DNA of 63,646 bases, the filler included, from Octopus bimaculoides (taxonomy: Eukaryota): assembly GCF_001194135.2 (NCBI RefSeq). It is 4 parts of 4 records of this genome, joined end to end, with 100 filler letters (N's around TTAATTAATTAA, not from the genome) between each part and the next. Parts side by side here need not be neighbours in the genome. Positions count along the whole stretch, not along the records: positions 38,070 to 49,905 come from NC_068985.1; positions 50,006 to 63,646 come from NC_068994.1; 2 more parts are not named here. One strand, written 5' to 3'. The position numbers were made by a program, and so were the translations under genes. The notes under the pieces were generated by a model, which was not told where the DNA came from, ran no database searches, and saw only the letters and a list, made by a program, of their open reading frames with translations. This document shows positions 48,391 to 61,077 of this stretch, piece after piece. How positions within the stretch are numbered: position 1 is the stretch's first letter; the number at the start of each line of letters is the position of its first letter.

Positions 48391-49364
48391 GATGAATTAA
48401 AATTCAGACTGAAAGGTATATTGCTTTTGTCGTATGGTTAACAATGTTTGAAAAATTAGGCTTTCAATTCGAGTTGTTGAAAAAATAATGGGAAATATTG
48501 TTTGGATGAACTTTTGAGACATTACAGGGCAAAATCTTGCTGAATGAATTAAATTCTGGCCATTAGCGTATGACAGCTAATAACTAAAAATATGACAGAT
48601 ATTACCAGAGGGGATAGACAATGGGAAATTATACGGGATTTGTCGGTGATATTTCAAATGTCGCCAGTAGAAATGAAATATAAGATGCGAGTGTTTTGAC
48701 ATTGTCATTACTCATCTAGGGATAGGCTCAGAATAAGAAATAGCTTGCAGAATGAAATGTTATTTGCATCAAAATACATATACACTGATATTTTTTTTAT
48801 TACAGTTTTACTCAATCCATTGTGGATTGAAATAACAGGAAAGCATATTCCACGGGTATATCTCCCCAGACAGCTCAAAGATGGTAACGCTTGTACTAAA
48901 TCGGAAATTAAATCCATATGTTATAACACATACAAAATGCTACACAGGAACTGATCAGGAATGCTGGTATTACATTGAGTTCTCAATAATATTTCTGGTA
49001 TGTATGTTCCCTGGATTACAAGACAGCGCGTTTGAAAATTTCCAGTTAATGTCCGTGCAGATTTCCAACACTAAGTAACAGAAAAAATACTCTGCAATGT
49101 AGTGAATAATAAACGTCACATTTATAGATATACAACAGCAGATCCCTTAAATTATGTATATAGAGTAGTGAATGACCCACTGAAATTCCTAAAAACTCTG
49201 CAAGATATGTCAGCGTTATTGATGAAGTATTTCCTTTCTTGGGGAACTATCATTATTAATTTGCATATATGTATGTCTATGTATGTGAGTGCGCGCGCGC
49301 GTGTATGTGTGTGTGTGTGTAACTAATAATGATGTTTTATAAGCTTTAACACAATAAAATATTA

Positions 49365-49548
49365 TTATTACCTCCGTCTTAGAGAAATCGGAGGAATTGT
49401 TTTCTCATTCTTTGTTTTTTTTGTTTTTGTTTTTTGGCCGTGGACAAGATATCTCAAGAACTATTGTATGGATTCGGATGAAACTTTCAGGAAAGTTTGA
49501 CCTCGTGACTAGCATGATACCATTAAATTTTGGGATCGAGGTCCCTCG
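49365..49548 (+). mobile_element. HINE/DINE-1-like element, 3'-truncated
   Basis: TTATTACCTCCGTC...GGACAAGATATCTCAAGAACT...GGATT.GGATGAAACTTTCAG aligns with 21722-21870. Confidence 0.6.
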
Positions 49549-49658
49549 TACACGCACACACATACACATATATACTCGCACATTTTCAGCGTTAAACATT
49601 GCTATTCCGTTTCCATTGTACACACACACACACACACACACACACAATAACACACACA

Positions 49659-49701
<43 letters not shown>

Positions 49702-50005
49702 ACACACATGCGTGCGCACAGAAACAAACATACCTCTCTTTTACACACATATATTCTCACACTGCAAACGCCGTTTATCGGCTTTTTCACTCCAACCCTC
49801 GTTATTCATATATCACTCCTTTCTTTCTTATTCATACAGCGCTATATTTGCCATTTATCTCCTCCGTCTTCACCGCTCACTCCGGCTCAATTATATATAT
49901 ATATGNNNNNNNNNNNNNNNNNNNNNNNNNNNNNNNNNNNNNNNNNNNNTTAATTAATTAANNNNNNNNNNNNNNNNNNNNNNNNNNNNNNNNNNNNNNN
50001 NNNNN

Positions 50006-50036
<31 letters not shown>

Positions 50037-50050
50037 GTATATATATATAC

Positions 50051-50215
50051 AAGACAGGCTTCTTTTCAGTTTGTATTTACCAAATCCATTCACAAATCTT
50101 TGGTCAACTCAGGGCTATTATAGAAAACACTAACTCAAGTGTCACACAGAGGGGCTGAACCTGAAACTACTTGATTGGGAAGCAAACTTCTTACCACACA
50201 ATCATTCCTGCACCC
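50051..50215 (-). mobile_element. Family B SINE head
   Basis: GGCTTCTTTTCAGTTT...TACCAAATCC...GCTGAACCTGAAAC...CTTACCACAC. Confidence 0.7.
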
Positions 50216-50383
50216 TTAAGATATAATAATTATGATACATATTATATACTATGAATTAGGATATAAGAAATAGTGATATTAATAAAATATACTAAGGCAA
50301 AAGAATTGGTAGAAACAGTAAGTTGCCAAGTTAAATGTCATATAGGAGTATTTGTCAAAACAAGTTTTGAGGAACCCTGAGCT

Positions 50384-50580
50384 TATCGTCATCATTTAAC
50401 ATCCATTTTCCATGCTGGCATGAGTTGGATGATTTGACAGGGTCCAACAAGTTGCAGGGTTGCATCAAGCTCCAGTGTTTGCATTGGCATAGTTTCAAAG
50501 GCTGGATGTCCTTATTCAAGTCAACCACTTTACACTGTGTACTGAGTGTGTTCTTTGTGCCACCAGCATGAGTGAAGTTG
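50384..50580 (-). mobile_element. Family R 3' end, diverged
   Basis: CATCATTTAACATCCATTTTCCATGCTGGCATG...GGCTGGATGTCCTT. Confidence 0.7.
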
Positions 50581-50796
50581 AGATGTAACTTGCAAAATAG
50601 GAGAGAATAAAATTTAATGAAAATGTATTTTCTATCTTATTTGACTTATTTTATAAAAAAAAAATTGTATTCAGTTTCAAGGAAATGTTATAGAAGTAAA
50701 TTTTCTATCTAATATAATTTTTTATTCATTTAAGGTCTCGTTAGAGTGGAGGTTATCTCTAAAATAGTAGAATTGGTTCTATGATTTTTGAATAAT

Positions 50797-51213
50797 TACT
50801 CTTTTACTTGTTTCCATCATTTGACTGTGGCCATGCTGGAGCACCGCCTTTAGTCGAGCAAATTGACCCCAGGACTTATTCTTTGTAAGCCTAGTACTTA
50901 TTCTATTGGTTTCTTTTGCAGAACCGGTAAGTTATGGGGATGTAAACACACCAGCATTGGTTGTCAAGTGTTGTTAGGGGGACAAACATAGACACACAAA
51001 CACACATATATATACATATATACAATGGGCTTCGTTCAGTTTCTATCTACCAAATCCACTCACAAGGCTTTGGTCGGCCTGAAGCTATAGTAGAAGACAC
51101 TTGCCCAAGTTGCCACGCAGTGGGACTGAAACCGGAATCATGTGGTTGGTAAGCAAGCTACTTACCACACAGCCACTCATGTGCCTCCACACAACCACTC
51201 CTGCTTGCGCCTG
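50797..51213 (-). mobile_element. Family B SINE, full length, with duplicated 5' end
   Basis: Reverse complement of 34793-35205; CCACACA(G/A)CCACTC...GCCT occurs twice in tandem at 51165-51213. Confidence 0.9.
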
Positions 51214-51427
51214 TAAGTGTTTGAGAATCATCACTTAATTTTCTCTGAATTCTGGGATATTTTCCACAAAACCATCCGGTTTGTCTTCTTTCAAATTTAC
51301 CAGATAACTCCCCAGACATATTCCATACCACAATAGGGCGAGAAAAAAGATATGTGATCCCCACTCATTGATAGGTCACAATGTCTCATTACAAACAGGT
51401 ACATTGTCTTACTGTTATCTTCATCAT

Positions 51428-51623
51428 CTGCTAGAAGTACCAGCGAAATCTCTCAAATATCATAATTCACTGTCTTAGAAAAGTGATGGAAATATTGCAT
51501 AATGTAGCTGTCTGAGATGAAGACAAGATAGTTATAGGTTGAATGCCTTCAATTATAAAGTTGCTTGATTGGACCTGATCAGGAGGAGGAGGAGGAGGAG
51601 GGAGCTAAACAACTACAACAACT
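51428..51623 (+). mobile_element. Family F retroposon-like fragment
   Basis: CTGCTAGAAGTACCAGCGAAATCTC ... GACCTG ... GCTAAACAACTACAACAAC tail; motifs shared with 22830-23050 and 31220-31430. Confidence 0.5.
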
Positions 51624-51660
51624 GTTCCATTTACAATGGCATAGCACATCTTGTCAATTA

Positions 51661-51699
51661 CTTTCATATGGATCAAAAGAGAGTAGATCCATATGAAAG
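51661..51699. repeat. Perfect 14-bp stem, 11-nt loop hairpin
   Basis: CTTTCATATGGATC / GATCCATATGAAAG. Confidence 0.9.
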
Positions 51700-52517
51700 G
51701 ATATAAGCTGAGTTTAATTTTTTCTGACATCAAAAGTGGACTGGCCCTCTACCAAAAGTGGATTTCTGACAACCAAAACAATCAATCTGCAAAAAAAACA
51801 TAAAAGACAACAGTAAATATGATCTTTATTTCTTTTTTATTTTGAACTTATTTTATTTTCTGTACATTTGTTTGGCTGTTTTAATTTATTATATATTGGT
51901 GTTCTGGATACATTATGACACAATTGTGTTGGGTGGGGTACATGGTTTTAGCAAATACAGTAACTACATTCATAACACAGTACATGTTAGTAACATTTTG
52001 AAATTATGAATGTTGTTGAGGATGGGGAAATCATTGGTTTTAGCATTAAGGGTACATTTAATACATCCTTTATCAGGAAAACATTTGGGCTACTTTGGCT
52101 GTCTAGAAGTCAGAGATTATTCTATACACATTTTGTGAGAGTTTAGCACTGATGGTTAAGGATACATGTTTTTCTGATAAATTGTGATACATAATTGTGG
52201 TACACTTTCTGAGAATATAACAGTTGGGAGAGGAGTGGGGGTTATATTGATTTAAGTACATATGTATACCCAAACCCAGAAAATAATTGAAGTGTACATT
52301 GTACCATCATTTTGCCTATATTTATCACACAACAGGGTAATTTGTTTGAACACACACACACATACTATACTTTATACATGATATATATATACATATGTAT
52401 ACGAATATATGTGTAATATATATACATGTATATATTTATATATATATATATATATATATAAATATTGTCAGTCAATCATAAATCTGACAGAGGAGCAGAC
52501 TCTAAGTTATAGAGCAG

Positions 52518-52559
52518 TAGAAAAAGATAGTTATGGCCGGCCATAGCTATCTTTTTCTA
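52518..52559. repeat. 42-bp spacerless palindrome, one mismatch
   Basis: TAGAAAAAGATAGTTATGGCC|GGCCATAGCTATCTTTTTCTA. Confidence 0.95.
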
Positions 52560-52571
52560 AATATATGTATG

Positions 52572-52691
<120 letters not shown>

Positions 52692-53166
52692 GAGACTATG
52701 GACTACAATGTTTACATAGTTGTAAAAACAAGTACATTTACAACACAGTTGATAAGTACACTATTTTCAGAAGTTTAAGTATTCATTACACAACTGGAGT
52801 ACCTTTATGACAAAGTTGTGGGTGAAAGCACATTTCTGATATGGTAGAGTTTCACTTCAGGATATATCCTATAACATATTGGGATACATTGATAAAATAG
52901 TGAGGATAGCGTTATAGGCAAACTAGAGTAAATATATAGCACAAGTAAGATGCTGTGTTGTAGTAGTGGAGTACTTTACAATGCTATAGACCCTTAGAGA
53001 GATGTCTACTACACTGTTAGTGCTGTGTAGTGCAGATATCATATCAGGTAATATTTATGAGTGTATAAGGAAACATGTTAGAGAAAGTTCATCATTTAAA
53101 GTTATTTTTTAAAAAAAGATTTAGTATGTATACTTACATTATATCTATCTATCTGTATATACACAT

Positions 53167-53197
<31 letters not shown>

Positions 53198-53269
53198 CAT
53201 ACATACACACACACAATCAAACACACCAATGAGATTGGTGTTGGTCTGCATTGATATAACATTATTTTG

Positions 53270-53412
53270 AAAAATTGATAAAAAGTGTACAGTGAACTTG
53301 CTGTGGGAAGTGGAAAATCTGTCAATTTTTTCCCTGAAAAATTGACAGGACTGTCTGAAATGTTAGATTTTCCATTCCCCACAAGTTCACTGTATTCTTT
53401 TAGTTGATTTTT
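53270..53412. repeat. Nested inverted repeat
   Basis: Outer TACAGTGAACTT..TGTGGGAA.TGGAAAATCT / AGATTTTCCATTCCCCACAAGTTCACTGTA; inner CTGTCAATTTTT / AAAAATTGACAG. Confidence 0.85.
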
Positions 53413-53878
53413 ACTCTGCGTGTGTGTATGTACACGAACACATACACTAGTCCAACTTCTTTCAACTCAGTGAGTTGTACACTATAGTACCACTTTCCAT
53501 ATATATACATATTTATATACCATTCATACTAATAGTGGTAGATAACTTCAATATCACTTAGAACACTAAAGGAGCTTATAATACTATCGCTAGTACAGTA
53601 CTGCCACATCCAGCATGCTGCTGTAGTACTTTTGATACATAATTTGTTAAAACATAAGGAGGTACATTCAAGATACTTTAAGACACTACGATAACACCTC
53701 TTACAAACTACAGTTGATTGTATAAATCAATGGATTGCAAATGCTTCACTGCTGGCCTGTATAAAAATATAACTTTAGGTAGTAGTTTTCTATTTATTGT
53801 TTCTAAATTATTAGCTTTTTACTAAAATATTAACTCAATTAGTCTGCAAAAGTCTATCACAAGTCTGCAGGACCAATT

Positions 53879-54131
53879 GGCCAGAACTTATCCTGGTTTC
53901 AATGGTATTTAAGCAACAGAATGTACAATATTCGGCCCCTTTAACTGGACACCAGTCCATCTCAGGGTTGAACTACCAACTGCAGTTTGTACTCATTTTC
54001 AGCTAAATGGAGTCAAGCAATATCAAATCCATTGTCTTGCTCAAGGACACAATGTGCCATCTAGACCAAAACCTGAACTGACCACCTAATGAAGATGAGC
54101 CCAATGTCCTCAAATCATTAAGCTTTGCGCC
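53879..54131 (-). mobile_element. Family C SINE, old copy with Meta-like segment
   Basis: Reverse complement: TGTGTCCTTGAGCAAGAC...AAATGAGTAC...CAACCCTGAGATGGACTGGTGTCCAG...GAAACCAGGATAAGTTCTGGCC. Confidence 0.7.
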
Positions 54132-54458
54132 TTCACTATGTCTATATTAAAATGTTAGTAATTAACATATTGCAGTATCACTTACCTAAAAATTCATTAG
54201 TCATGTAACATAATGACTGCAGAATTACCTGTAAACACTCTACTTACCTCTCAAGATACTTTCCAAGACATTGGCACACCATTAGACCTACATTTATATA
54301 AAGTACTTTTGTATAGTGGTCTCATATACATGCAAACACACTGTGAAACATTTTCTACCTATTCTCTATACATAACCATCAACACCAACCATCACTCTCA
54401 TTGTGTTTTCAGTGAGTTAAATCAGAAGTATAGAAGTATGACAATGTGTCTTAAGTAC

Positions 54459-54652
54459 TCATTAGCACGCTGGGTGAAATGCTTAGTGGTATTTTGTCTG
54501 TCTTTATGTTCTGAGTTCAAATTCTGCCCAGGTCGACTTTGCCTTTCATCCTTTCGGGGTCAATAAATTAAGTACCAGTTGCGTACCGGAGTCGATCTAA
54601 TCGACTGGCCACCTCCCCAAAAATTTTGGGCCTTGTGCCTAGAGTAGAAAAG
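54459..54652 (+). mobile_element. Family A SINE, slightly 5'-truncated, with 16-bp TSD
   Basis: AATGTGTCTTAAGTAC at 54443-54458 and 54653-54668. Confidence 0.9.
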
Positions 54653-54898
54653 AATGTGTCTTAAGTACATTGCAATTCTACAACCAGTATTCCAGCTATG
54701 ACCAATCTATTTTTGCATTTCTAAAATGTAATTCTCATTTTAAAGATGTTGGAAAGTCTGGTAAATGAAATTTAGCCTAATTGATGAATCAACAGTTTGA
54801 ACCAGACTCAAACTGAACTTCAACTGTATCCTATCATCATTGTCTCAGCAGCAGCAGTTGAATACCTTTTGAAGGATAAAAAGTGGGCAAAATATTAG

Positions 54899-55310
54899 GG
54901 GTCCATGGTCTGCCTAATGCACTTTAGCTTCATATACCAGACTTGTTCATAGGCCTCTTGGCAGAGGCTTACTCACAACTAGCAGAAAAACAAGAGCATT
55001 CTCAGTCTTGCACTAAAAGATTCTAACAAAAAGGATGATTTTTAACAACTTAAGACCCATAACTCTGCTAAATGCAGAGCTGAAATTTTTAGCCAAGTTA
55101 TTAGCTAAGAGGTTGGTGCTTGTCATCAATATACTGATAAGTGAGGCATAGATATGTGCCATATCAAACAGATTAATGCATGACAACCTCCACCTCACAT
55201 GATACATTATAGAAAGGATAGGTAAAGAACCTGACATGAGTGGGGCCCTGATCAATTTAAACCAGTCAAAAGCTTTTGATAGGGTTGACCATCATTACAT
55301 GATTAAATAG
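54899..55310 (+). mobile_element. L1/Tx1-clade reverse transcriptase remnant
   Basis: Frame 55044-55310: NLRPITLLNAELKFLAKLLAKRL...LI.EA*ICAI...DNLHL...GALINLNQSKAFDRVDH; two internal stops. Confidence 0.85.
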
Positions 55311-55429
55311 TATATGGCAACAGCCATCAAGGCAGCAACTTCTAAAAGCAACCAGAGATTCTTGAGTAAACTAATCAGCATCTATACTAATTAGAAGCCT
55401 TGAAGTTTTATATCCACTTTCCCCATACA

Positions 55430-55760
55430 CTATTCCTGGGAAGGGTCATGGGGACAGAGTCCTCAGACACTTCCTCTGTAGGGTCTTAACACAAGCAGCC
55501 TTCATGACACTTACCATTTGGATACCCAAGTGTGACCAGCTGAGACTATGGATATTATCAAACCACCTCATTCTTGGTCTACCCCAAGGTCTCCTGCAGG
55601 TTGGCTTGGCTTGAAGAATCTATCTTGTGATTCCTTCCTGCGACATTCTAATCATGTCCATAGTATCAGAGCTATGACCTCTCAATGCAGAAGAGTAACA
55701 GCTCTACCTGGAAACATTCCTTCACTTCTGAGCTACACATCCATTTTCTCAAATATCCAT
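55430..55760 (-). mobile_element. RTE-clade LINE ORF C-terminal remnant
   Basis: VELLLFCIERS*L*YYGH..IRM..GITR*ILQAKP..RRPWGRPRMRWFDNI...LGI. Confidence 0.75.
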
Positions 55761-57702
55761 GAAAAGGATATTTTTTAAATTTCTGTTGTTTCTTTTCATT
55801 GAAACTGCAGTTGTTACCTCTCTAGCATGAACCACACAATGTTAATGCAGGCAATAGAACCTGTTTTATGTCACTTAGGCAAACAAGAACCAGCAGACTT
55901 CTGTGTCAAACTGAAGGGTACAACATTACAAATATGTAAGAAGGTTGGAACTTGTTAACCGCCTTAGCTTATTCACCAGTTTAATTTGTTCAGTCAATGA
56001 ACTTCTGTATTTTCCCTTCTTATTGGCAAGACTGAGACAGAGAAGTAATGTTTATATTCCTTAGAGACCTCCAACCCCACTGCAAAAATAAAACTAATGA
56101 CATCATACAGAGGAGGATCAGTTCAAATCTGGACCAAGATTTTGATTCATCAGTTAAACTAAATTCCATTTAACAGATTTTCCAGTATCTTTAAAATGGG
56201 AATCATGTTTTCGAAATTTCAAAATGGATTGATCATAGAATAGTTCCAGCTGGAATAGTTGTTGTAGAATTATTTAATCAGCTACCATAGTGTTCTGGGT
56301 ATTCAAGTGGAGATGACTGGGATTGTTCCACAACAACATTTACATGTGTAGGCAGTATTACTATGTGATTTAGTCATAACAATTACAGAGACATGATATC
56401 ATATCATACTGGCTTTACAAGCCATGCAAAAAATCCTGTAGTGTAGCCAAAGATGGTACACCATCTTTGCCTGAGCTACATGATGCATGAGCATCAGATG
56501 CTGTGCCACTCTCACATGTTGTCAAAATATGCATGTTTCACAAGCATCAGTAGTGTAACTTACTGAGGCAGCACCAAAGTTGTACAAGCATCAGATTTTA
56601 TGAGAACACAGTGTATTTGTAGCAGTACATGTGGTAATGCAACATGTTTCAATAAATCTACATAAGATGGTTGTACTACAGACTGTCTCACAACTTGTGT
56701 CTTGGCCCCTTTCAGTCTGCCTTCAGTGCAATACTGTCACATGTTGGTCCTTTTGAAAATGTTACTTTTAGCAGACTCCTTAACAGAATATTGAGAATAT
56801 TTCTTAACAGAATGTTACTTACCATACAAGAGATCCACTTTTGGATGTACGTACTGTATTTGACGACATAAAAGATGCACAGGCATATTAGGTGCACCCC
56901 AATTTCAGGAGTGCATTTTCAAAAAAAAAGTCAGCGTCAGGAACAGAATTAGCTCATGGGAGTGATTTTTTATGAAACATCTTTTTAAAAAAATTTCATC
57001 TTATATGCTTTCAAATATGTTAGAAGATGATTTGTGTGTGCATGCATGGTTACTTGTTTACAGATTAATAAAAAGATTTCCCTCCATATAAAATGGAGTG
57101 GGAACAAACTGTCCTTCTTTATATAAAACTATATGAAGCTGATATATGTATACAACTGTATGTGTATGTATATAAGCGTTTTCCGTTGTTTCTGTTTTGT
57201 TAGGAAATCTCTCAGCTAAAAAGGTGGGCCTGCAATGATATTCTTAAAATACAATCTACTCTCTTAGTACTGGAGAGTGTACAGTGTACAAGAGTGTCCT
57301 TTCTCATCACCACCTCATACACTGTCCTTGTCCATGGATTAACAGAGTACTTTCTCTCTCCATATATAATAACATTATAGTTGGTTTCCCTGAGTAAATA
57401 CATTCTCAGTGAACATATAGTAACATCATAAATGACTTTGTTGGTTGATATAAACTGGAAATAGGCAGTCTCTTCTTACATATGACAACATGATATTTAC
57501 TGGCACTTAGCTGTCTGTCTCTACATGATGACATGATAATAATGGTGATGGTAATGGTGAAAAAGATTCTCTTTGTTCCCATACAAGGACACACACTTAT
57601 CTATTAATAATCAAATGATTGAATGGCTTACATAGCTTGGTGTGGGTAAATGTGTGTGTATGTGTGTAAATGAACTGAGTTCATTCCTATGGTTGGTTAC
57701 TG

Positions 57703-57736
<34 letters not shown>

Positions 57737-58590
57737 ATACATATACATACATGTATATACATATACATACATACATATATATATACATATGCATACATAT
57801 ATATACACACACACATATATGTACATATATATNNNNNNNNNNNNNNNNNNNNNNNNNNNNNNNNNNNNNNNNNNNNNNNNNNNNNNNNNNNNNNNNNNNN
57901 NNNNNNNNNNNNNNNNNNNNNNNNNNNNNNNNNNNNNNNNNNNNNNNNNNNNNNNNNNNNNNNNNNNNNNNNNNNNNNNNNNNNNNNNNNNNNNNNNNNN
58001 NNNNNNNNNNNNNNNNNNNNNNNNNNNNNNNNNNNNNNNNNNNNNNNNNNNNNNNNNNNNNNNNNNNNNNNNNNNNNNNNNNNNNNNNNNNNNNNNNNNN
58101 NNNNNNNNNNNNNNNNNNNNNNNNNNNNNNNNNNNNNNNNNNNNNNNNNNNNNNNNNNNNNNNNNNNNNNNNNNNNNNNNNNNNNNNNNNNNNNNNNNNN
58201 NNNNNNNNNNNNNNNNNNNNNNNNNNNNNNNNNNNNNNNNNNNNNNNNNNNNNNNNNNNNNNNNNNNNNNNNNNNNNNNNNNNNNNNNNNNNNNNNNNNN
58301 NNNNNNNNNNNNNNNNNNNNNNNNNNNNNNNNNNNNNNNNNNNNNNNNNNNNNNNNNNNNNNNNNNNNNNNNNNNNNNNNNNNNNNNNNNNNNNNNNNNN
58401 NNNNNNNNNNNNNNNNNNNNNNNNNNNNNNNNNNNNNNNNNNNNNNNNNNNNNNNNNNNNNNNNNNNNNNNNNNNNNNNNNNNNNNNNNNNNNNNNNNNN
58501 NNNNNNNNNNNNNNNNNNNNNNNNNNNNNNNNNNNNNNNNNNNNNNNNNNNNNNNNNNNNNNNNNNNNNNNNNNNNNNNNNNNNNNNNNN

Positions 58591-58629
<39 letters not shown>

Positions 58630-59426
58630 TGATGATTATGTGGAAAGCAGGTATGGTATTCAATGCTCTATAGAACATATGCAGATGTCATCAAAATGTC
58701 ATAATAATTACATAACAGTACACATCAGCTGTAGGCAGATTATGCAATCTTTCACTTTATCTCATCAGTGTCTTGCAATAAATACAATAAAAGATGTTAT
58801 AAGCTACAAATAAATACACTTTTCAGGTTTACAATAACCTTACAAGTCACACAATATGGCAGGGGACAGAAAGAATATCATATCATAGATGTGATACCTC
58901 TCTCAAATCTATGTAGGTGTGAGTAGAGAGAGAAAGAGAAAAGAAATAAGAGAAGAACACTGTTCATGTTGATAGCAGAGGATTGTGAAGCTCAAGTTAT
59001 AAATCAGCCAATGGCTGGCTATCATATAAGAGCTGGAGAAAAAGATTTCTTTTAAGACAGATGTAAACAGATATGACATATAAACATGTGCAAATTTCTC
59101 TCCCTTCCCATATACACACACGTGCATGCACACACACACATACTGATTGCACCTACATGAATTTGAGAGCAGCATGGCATCATTCATACGTCCATGGTAT
59201 GTTTTTCTGTGCTATATTGTGTAACATGCAAGATAATTAATGATTTGCATAACAAGAAAAGTGTATATATTTGTAGATTTTAACATTGATGAGGTGAAGA
59301 GCAAAATTGCATAATGTTTCTACAAATGTTATGTAAAATATTACAGCAATTTGATTACACTCATATATATTCTATAAAGCATTGATTATCTTACTTGTTT
59401 TCTGCTTAATTATTATTTCTGACAGT

Positions 59427-59661
59427 TAATATTTATCCCTATTTAAAAGTGGATGTTTTGTTAGAACAAATTATACTGCAGTAGTTACCAGGAGAGAAAC
59501 TCTCATGTTGGCTTTTGGTGCAAAATGCACCCTTGTTTATATTGATATAAACAAGAGTGCATTTTGCACTAAAAAGCCAATATGAGAGATTCTCTCCTGG
59601 TAACTACTGCAGTATAATTTGTTCTAACAGAACATCCACTTTTAAGTGGGGATAAATATTA
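59427..59661. repeat. 235-bp foldback hairpin (115/116-bp arms, 4-nt loop)
   Basis: 59427-59541 vs reverse complement of 59546-59661: 7 substitutions and 1 indel by eye. Confidence 0.95.
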
Positions 59662-61077
59662 CTTCTCAGTATTAATACTGCCTCTGTTGCCTAAACTTAT
59701 TATATCTATTATTTGGTTCATATTCTGTACCACTAGTCTATCCTGAAATTGATGCTCTGCATTGTACCACTCTGGATACAGGAGTGGAATGTGAAACTCC
59801 CTACGGAACCCAATCTTTGGTTACATATTGTGCTTTACAGTGCCTTGTTATTTATATATATTTGTGTGTGTGTGTGTGTGCGTGTGCATGTGCGTGTGTG
59901 TTTATTAAACTTTTACAATTAGAGGGGTGACAGTGATTCTGAAACTTCAGCTCGCTAGCCTTCTTTAGACATTAACATTTTACACACTGTTAAATTGCTT
60001 CTTATACATAACTGGACATAAAAGCAAACATTAATGTAGGTATGTATATATAGAGTGGGGGAGTAGGGGGGTGTATTCATGTACATCTCTGTGTACAAAA
60101 TGATATAAAATTGTCATTGTACAAAAGTGAAAGGGCACTGTCTGTTTAAAAATCAATAGATTGTACCTGTTTGTCAATAAATAAGAAATTGCCCTATACA
60201 TAAAATGGAAGGTGTTGGGTGGGCAACCTATCTTATATACGTAAGAATAAGAGACCGTTTTGTTTCTGCAGACTAGTTAATGATGACTGTCTCTTTACAT
60301 AGACATTGGTAAGGAGAGAATTCAGAAATGATTTTTACATTAAGTGGGGCCATTTTATCTGTGACAAATGTTTTGGATAGATTGTTATAGCAAATATCAA
60401 TGTAAACAATGTTTTGTAAGACAACCTTATCCTTAACCCTAACCCACAGAATGTCATAGGGTACTCATAAAGGCTAACCTCAACAGTTGAGGCCTGGTGC
60501 ATGTGATAAGTAGATTGAGAACACAGGGACTGGAGACATTAGGGAAAAAAAACAGAAGAAAGAAGAGATCAAAAGAACAGAAAGAAGAAAATAGAAAAAG
60601 AAAAGAAAAAGAGAAGAAAAGAAGAAAAAATAGACAGATAAGATGAAAGTAGGAATCTATTTGTTATAGAAAGATAGAAGATGGTGCATAATTGTGTCTC
60701 CAGACTATGACAGAAGTTGATAATATTACATAGAACAGCAGATAGCTGTTTTTGTTGATAGAATTGCAGTTTATAAAATGGTGGGTTGACTGACTGAAGT
60801 GAAAGAAGACTGTATCTGTACATAAAATTACAGGTGAAGCTGTTTCTGTTCTTGGTGTAGAAGTCTTTCCTCATACACGGAGTAGAGGGAAACACTGTCA
60901 GTGGACTAAATGTCAAAGACTGTCCTTGTTCCCTGTGCCAAGGCTCATATGGATGAAACAGTGAAATGTCTGTTCATGTGTTCATGCTAACAGGTTAGGA
61001 AAGTGTAAATAGACCATGGCATTGCTACCTACCTGCTTTACCTGATGATAAACCGAGTCTATTTGAACCAAAACAAA

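Noticed and set aside
60435-60455. TTAACCCTAACCC telomere-like motif
   Set aside because: Fewer than three units; chance level
60569-60916. 115-aa minus ORF downstream of the zinc-finger gene
   Set aside because: Low-complexity F/S tail from a GA-rich tract; more likely 3' UTR
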